DNA of 64,000 bases from positions 32,001 to 96,000 of the forward strand of contig CAVZMH010000015.1 in NCBI GenBank assembly GCA_963776345.1, given 5' to 3'. This stretch comes from an uncultured delta proteobacterium. Its GTDB lineage: Bacteria > Myxococcota > Myxococcia > Myxococcales > Myxococcaceae. A program made the position numbers and the translations under genes. Below, piece by piece: positions 60,916 to 64,000 of this stretch. The notes beneath the pieces are model-generated. The model had not been told where the DNA came from and searched no databases. It saw only the letters and a list, made by a program, of their open reading frames with translations. The number at the start of each line of letters is the position of its first letter. Position 1 is the stretch's first letter.

Positions 60916-62736
60916 CTACGCCGCGAGCCCGACGGGGATCTTGAACTCGAACCGGGTGCCCTTCCCGGGCGCGCTCTCGACCGTCACCGAGCCGCCGTGC
61001 TCGTCGGCGATCTGCTTGACGATGGACAGCCCGAGGCCGGTCCCCTCCGGGCGCCCCGCGGTGGTGAAGGGGTCGAAGACCCGGTCGGCGATCTCCGGGG
61101 GGAGCCCGGGGCCGTCATCCTCGAAGCGGAGCACCAGATCGTCCGCCTCGCGGTCGATGCTGAAGAGGAAGTTGCCCCCGGTGGGCATGGCCTCCACCGC
61201 GTTGCGCGCGAGGTTGAACACCACCCGCCGCAGCTTGCCCTCGTCGAACCGTGCGGGGCCGGTGTAGCGCGGGACCACCGAGAGCCGGACGGGGCTCTTC
61301 TTGAACTCCTGGCGGAGGTAGGCCTCGGTCTCGCTGGCGAACTTCTGGAGATAGACCTTGCGGATCAGCAGCTCTCGCTCCCCCCGGGCGAAGGCCAGTG
61401 TCTCGCGCATCATCGCGTTGAGGTGCTCGAACTGCTTGTCCACCACCCCCGCGTACTGGAGCCGCTGCTGCTCCTCCGGCTCGGTGGCCATCAGCTCGGT
61501 GTAGCCGCTGATGACGGTGAGCGGCGTGCGGAAGTCGTGCACCACGCCGGAGAGCATCTGCCCGATGGCCGCCAGCCGCTCGCGCTGCTCGGCCTCGTCG
61601 CGGTTCCGGCGCACCTTGATCGATCGGCCCGCCTGCCCGGCGATGAGCGTGGCCAACCGCTCGTCGCTCTCGGTGAATCCCGAGGGCTTGTTGAGCAGGG
61701 TCAGCGCGCCCACCACCGCCTCGTCCACGGTGATCGGCACGCAGAGCACCGCATCGGCGCGGATGTCCAGCCGCGCGGGGATGCCCGGATCATGCGCCGG
61801 ATGGTCCTGGGCGTGGGCCAGACGGACGGTCTCCCCGGTCCGGGCGACGTGGCCGGCGATGCCTTGCCCCGGCTTCAGCTTGAGCGTCACCAGGGACTCG
61901 GCGTTCTCGCCCACCACGCTCTTGAAGTAGAGCGCACCCTGATCTACCGGGTCGGCGAGGAAGATGGCCGCCGCGGTGGCCCCCAGCGTCGGCGCCACCC
62001 GGGCGAGGATGATGTCCATCAGGTCGCTCTGCTTCTCGGCGCTGGACACCGCCTTCTCGGTCTCGAAGAGGAGGTCCAGGTCCTTGAGCGCGTTGGAGAG
62101 GTCCGATTTGGCCATCCGGAGCGCCTCGTTCTGGGCCCGCAGCTCCTCGTAGAGCAGCACGTTGTCCAGCACCGCGGCGATCTGCGTGGCCACTGCCTCC
62201 ACCAGCGCCAGGTCCTCGGCGGTGAAGACGTTGGTCTTGCGGTTCAGCACCTCCAGCACGCCGAGGATCCGCCCGCTCACGTGCTTCAGCGGCACGGCGA
62301 TCATCGACTTGGTGACGAAGCCGCTCATCCGGTCGATGTTGGGATGGAAGTGCGAGTCGGTGTACGCGTCGCCGAGCAGGAGGCTCTGCCCGGTGGCCAT
62401 CACGTGCCCGGCGATGCCCGTGCCGAGCGGGAGCCGGATCTCGTCCAGCCCGCCGCCGCGCAGCACCCGGCTCCAGAGCTCCTGCTTCTCCGCGTCGAGC
62501 ATGAAGAGCGTCGCGGCCTCGGCCTGGAGCAGGGAGCTCAGCCGGTCCATGACGGTCTTCAGAAGCGCGTCGACGTCGCGGACGGAGGACAGGAGGGTGG
62601 CGATCTCCAGCACCGCGGAGAAGCGCTCCGCCTGCCGTAGCACCGCCGACTCGAGCTCCTGCAGCTTGTCGGTCAGCCCGCTGAGGAGTCCGGCCGGGCT
62701 GACGGGCTCCCCCGCCTTGAGTCGATCCGCCGCCAT
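60916..62736 (-). CDS. Cytoplasmic double-GAF sensor histidine kinase
   Basis: Two GAF domains (GIAGHV, NRK/NK..FT..D), HDFRTPL, NLARNA, DDGPG, GTGLGL. Confidence 0.93.
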   Translation of the reverse strand: MAADRLKAGEPVSPAGLLSGLTDKLQELESAVLRQAERFSAVLEIATLLSSVRDVDALLKTVMDRLSSLLQAEAATLFMLDAEKQELWSRVLRGGGLDEIRLPLGTGIAGHVMATGQSLLLGDAYTDSHFHPNIDRMSGFVTKSMIAVPLKHVSGRILGVLEVLNRKTNVFTAEDLALVEAVATQIAAVLDNVLLYEELRAQNEALRMAKSDLSNALKDLDLLFETEKAVSSAEKQSDLMDIILARVAPTLGATAAAIFLADPVDQGALYFKSVVGENAESLVTLKLKPGQGIAGHVARTGETVRLAHAQDHPAHDPGIPARLDIRADAVLCVPITVDEAVVGALTLLNKPSGFTESDERLATLIAGQAGRSIKVRRNRDEAEQRERLAAIGQMLSGVVHDFRTPLTVISGYTELMATEPEEQQRLQYAGVVDKQFEHLNAMMRETLAFARGERELLIRKVYLQKFASETEAYLRQEFKKSPVRLSVVPRYTGPARFDEGKLRRVVFNLARNAVEAMPTGGNFLFSIDREADDLVLRFEDDGPGLPPEIADRVFDPFTTAGRPEGTGLGLSIVKQIADEHGGSVTVESAPGKGTRFEFKIPVGLAA

Positions 62737-62822
62737 CGTTCGTCCGGGTGTGGGACTCTACACCAGGAGCGGACGACAGGCCTCCCGGGTTTGCGGCGAC
62801 CGCGCCGCGATGTCGTCCCGGT

Positions 62823-64000
62823 TCAGTGGGCGTCGGCCCAGCTCTTCCCCACCCCCACCTCGACCTCCAGCGGCACCCGGAGCTGCGCCACGCCCATCAT
62901 GCAGCTGCGGGCCAGCTCCACCGTGCGGTCCAGCTCCTCCTCCGGCGCCTCGAAGAGGAGCTCGTCGTGAACCTGGAGGAGCATCCGGGTGCGCAGCCCC
63001 GTCTCGCGGAGCCGGTGGTCGACGCGGAGCATCGCCATCTTGATGAGGTCCGCGGCGGTGCCCTGGATGGGCATGTTGATCGCCGCGCGCTCCGCGGCCT
63101 GGGCGGTGGCCCGGTTGCTGGAGTGCAGGTCGTCCATCAGCCGCCGCCGGCCGAAGAGCGTCTCCACGCTCCCGGTGCGCCGGGCCCGCTCCACGGTCTC
63201 CTCGAGGTAGCGGCGGATGCCGGCGTAGCGGGCGAAGTACCGGTCGATGATCGACGCCGCCTCCTCGTGGGGGATGTCCAGCCGGGTCGAGAGCCCGTGC
63301 GGCGACAGCCCGTAGGCGATGCCGAAGTTCACCATCTTCGCCACCCGGCGCTGGTCGGCGGTCACCTCGCCCGGGCTCACCCCGAAGACCTCGGCCGCCG
63401 TGCGCTGGTGCACGTCCTCGTGGGCCTGGAACGCCGCCAGGAGCCCCGGGTCCTCCGAGACGTGTGCCAGGATGCGCAGCTCGATCTGGCTGTAGTCCGC
63501 CGAGACCAGCTTCCACCCCCGCTCGGCCACGAAGGCCCGCCGGATGGCGCGCCCCACCTCGGTGCGCACCGGGATGTTCTGGAGGTTGGGGTCCGAGCTG
63601 GAGAGCCGCCCGGTCGCCGTCGCCGCCTGGTGGAAGGTGGTGTGCAGCCGGCCGTCGGCGGCGACCAGCGGCACCAGCGCGTCCAGGTACGTGGTCTTCA
63701 GCTTGCTGAGCGTCCGGTACTCGAGCAGGGCGCGCGGCAAGGGGTGCTTCTCGGCCAGCTTCTCCAGCACCTCGGCGTCGGTGGACGGCCCGGTCTTGCC
63801 CTTCTTCAATACGGGAAGGCCCAGCTCGGTGTACAGCACCTGCGCCAGCTGGGCGTTGCTGTTGACGTTGAACACCCGCCCGGCCAGCGCGTGGAGCTGC
63901 TGCTCCTGGGCGGCGCACTGGGTGTCCACGTCGCGCGACAGCTCCGAGAGGACCCCGAGGTCCACCTTGATGCCGTGTCGCTCCATGCGGGTGAGCACCG
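62823..64000 (-). CDS. polA: DNA polymerase I (3' part; continues beyond the window)
   Basis: TGRLSSSDPNLQNIP, ADYSQIELRILAH, AKMVNFGIAYG, QGTAAD, LQVHDEL. Confidence 0.97.
   Translation of the reverse strand, partial: VLTRMERHGIKVDLGVLSELSRDVDTQCAAQEQQLHALAGRVFNVNSNAQLAQVLYTELGLPVLKKGKTGPSTDAEVLEKLAEKHPLPRALLEYRTLSKLKTTYLDALVPLVAADGRLHTTFHQAATATGRLSSSDPNLQNIPVRTEVGRAIRRAFVAERGWKLVSADYSQIELRILAHVSEDPGLLAAFQAHEDVHQRTAAEVFGVSPGEVTADQRRVAKMVNFGIAYGLSPHGLSTRLDIPHEEAASIIDRYFARYAGIRRYLEETVERARRTGSVETLFGRRRLMDDLHSSNRATAQAAERAAINMPIQGTAADLIKMAMLRVDHRLRETGLRTRMLLQVHDELLFEAPEEELDRTVELARSCMMGVAQLRVPLEVEVGVGKSWADAH

Overview
Very high-GC bacterial chromosomal segment, most likely from a myxobacterium (Myxococcota), judged from TIGR02266/PilZ, DUF4388, FHA/Ser-Thr kinase and GAF histidine kinase genes. 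About 70 densely packed genes, mostly housekeeping: plsB, an RlmI-like methyltransferase, thiS-thiG-thiE/tenI, a complete cytochrome c maturation System I operon (ccmABCDEFGH plus a TPR gene), rel/spoT, dksA, a DisA_N diadenylate cyclase, dnaK, PIN-PhoH, greB, tRNA-Lys(UUU), tRNA-Glu(UUC), divIVA, yggU and the 3' part of polA. I saw no integrase, transposase or CRISPR array. The best hidden feature is a gene the ORF track truncates at 2559-3038(-): a lipoprotein TlpA/thioredoxin-fold protein whose first active-site Cys codon is an in-frame TGA (UxxC), followed by a SECIS-like hairpin, so probably a selenoprotein. Also notable: a RavA/MoxR AAA+ / vWA / PspA-like three-gene module; a PstS-like lipoprotein / histidine kinase / NarL regulator / beta-barrel module; a ferritin-like gene coupled to thiS; a sigma54 promoter with a tandem-repeat enhancer candidate before ccm; recurrent CTG start codons; short-leader TAnnnT promoters; a 61-bp palindromic tandem duplication; an AT-rich 13-bp palindrome; two gene relics; and several single-base frameshifts that may be assembly errors. 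All family assignments come from motif recognition by eye, with no database search.
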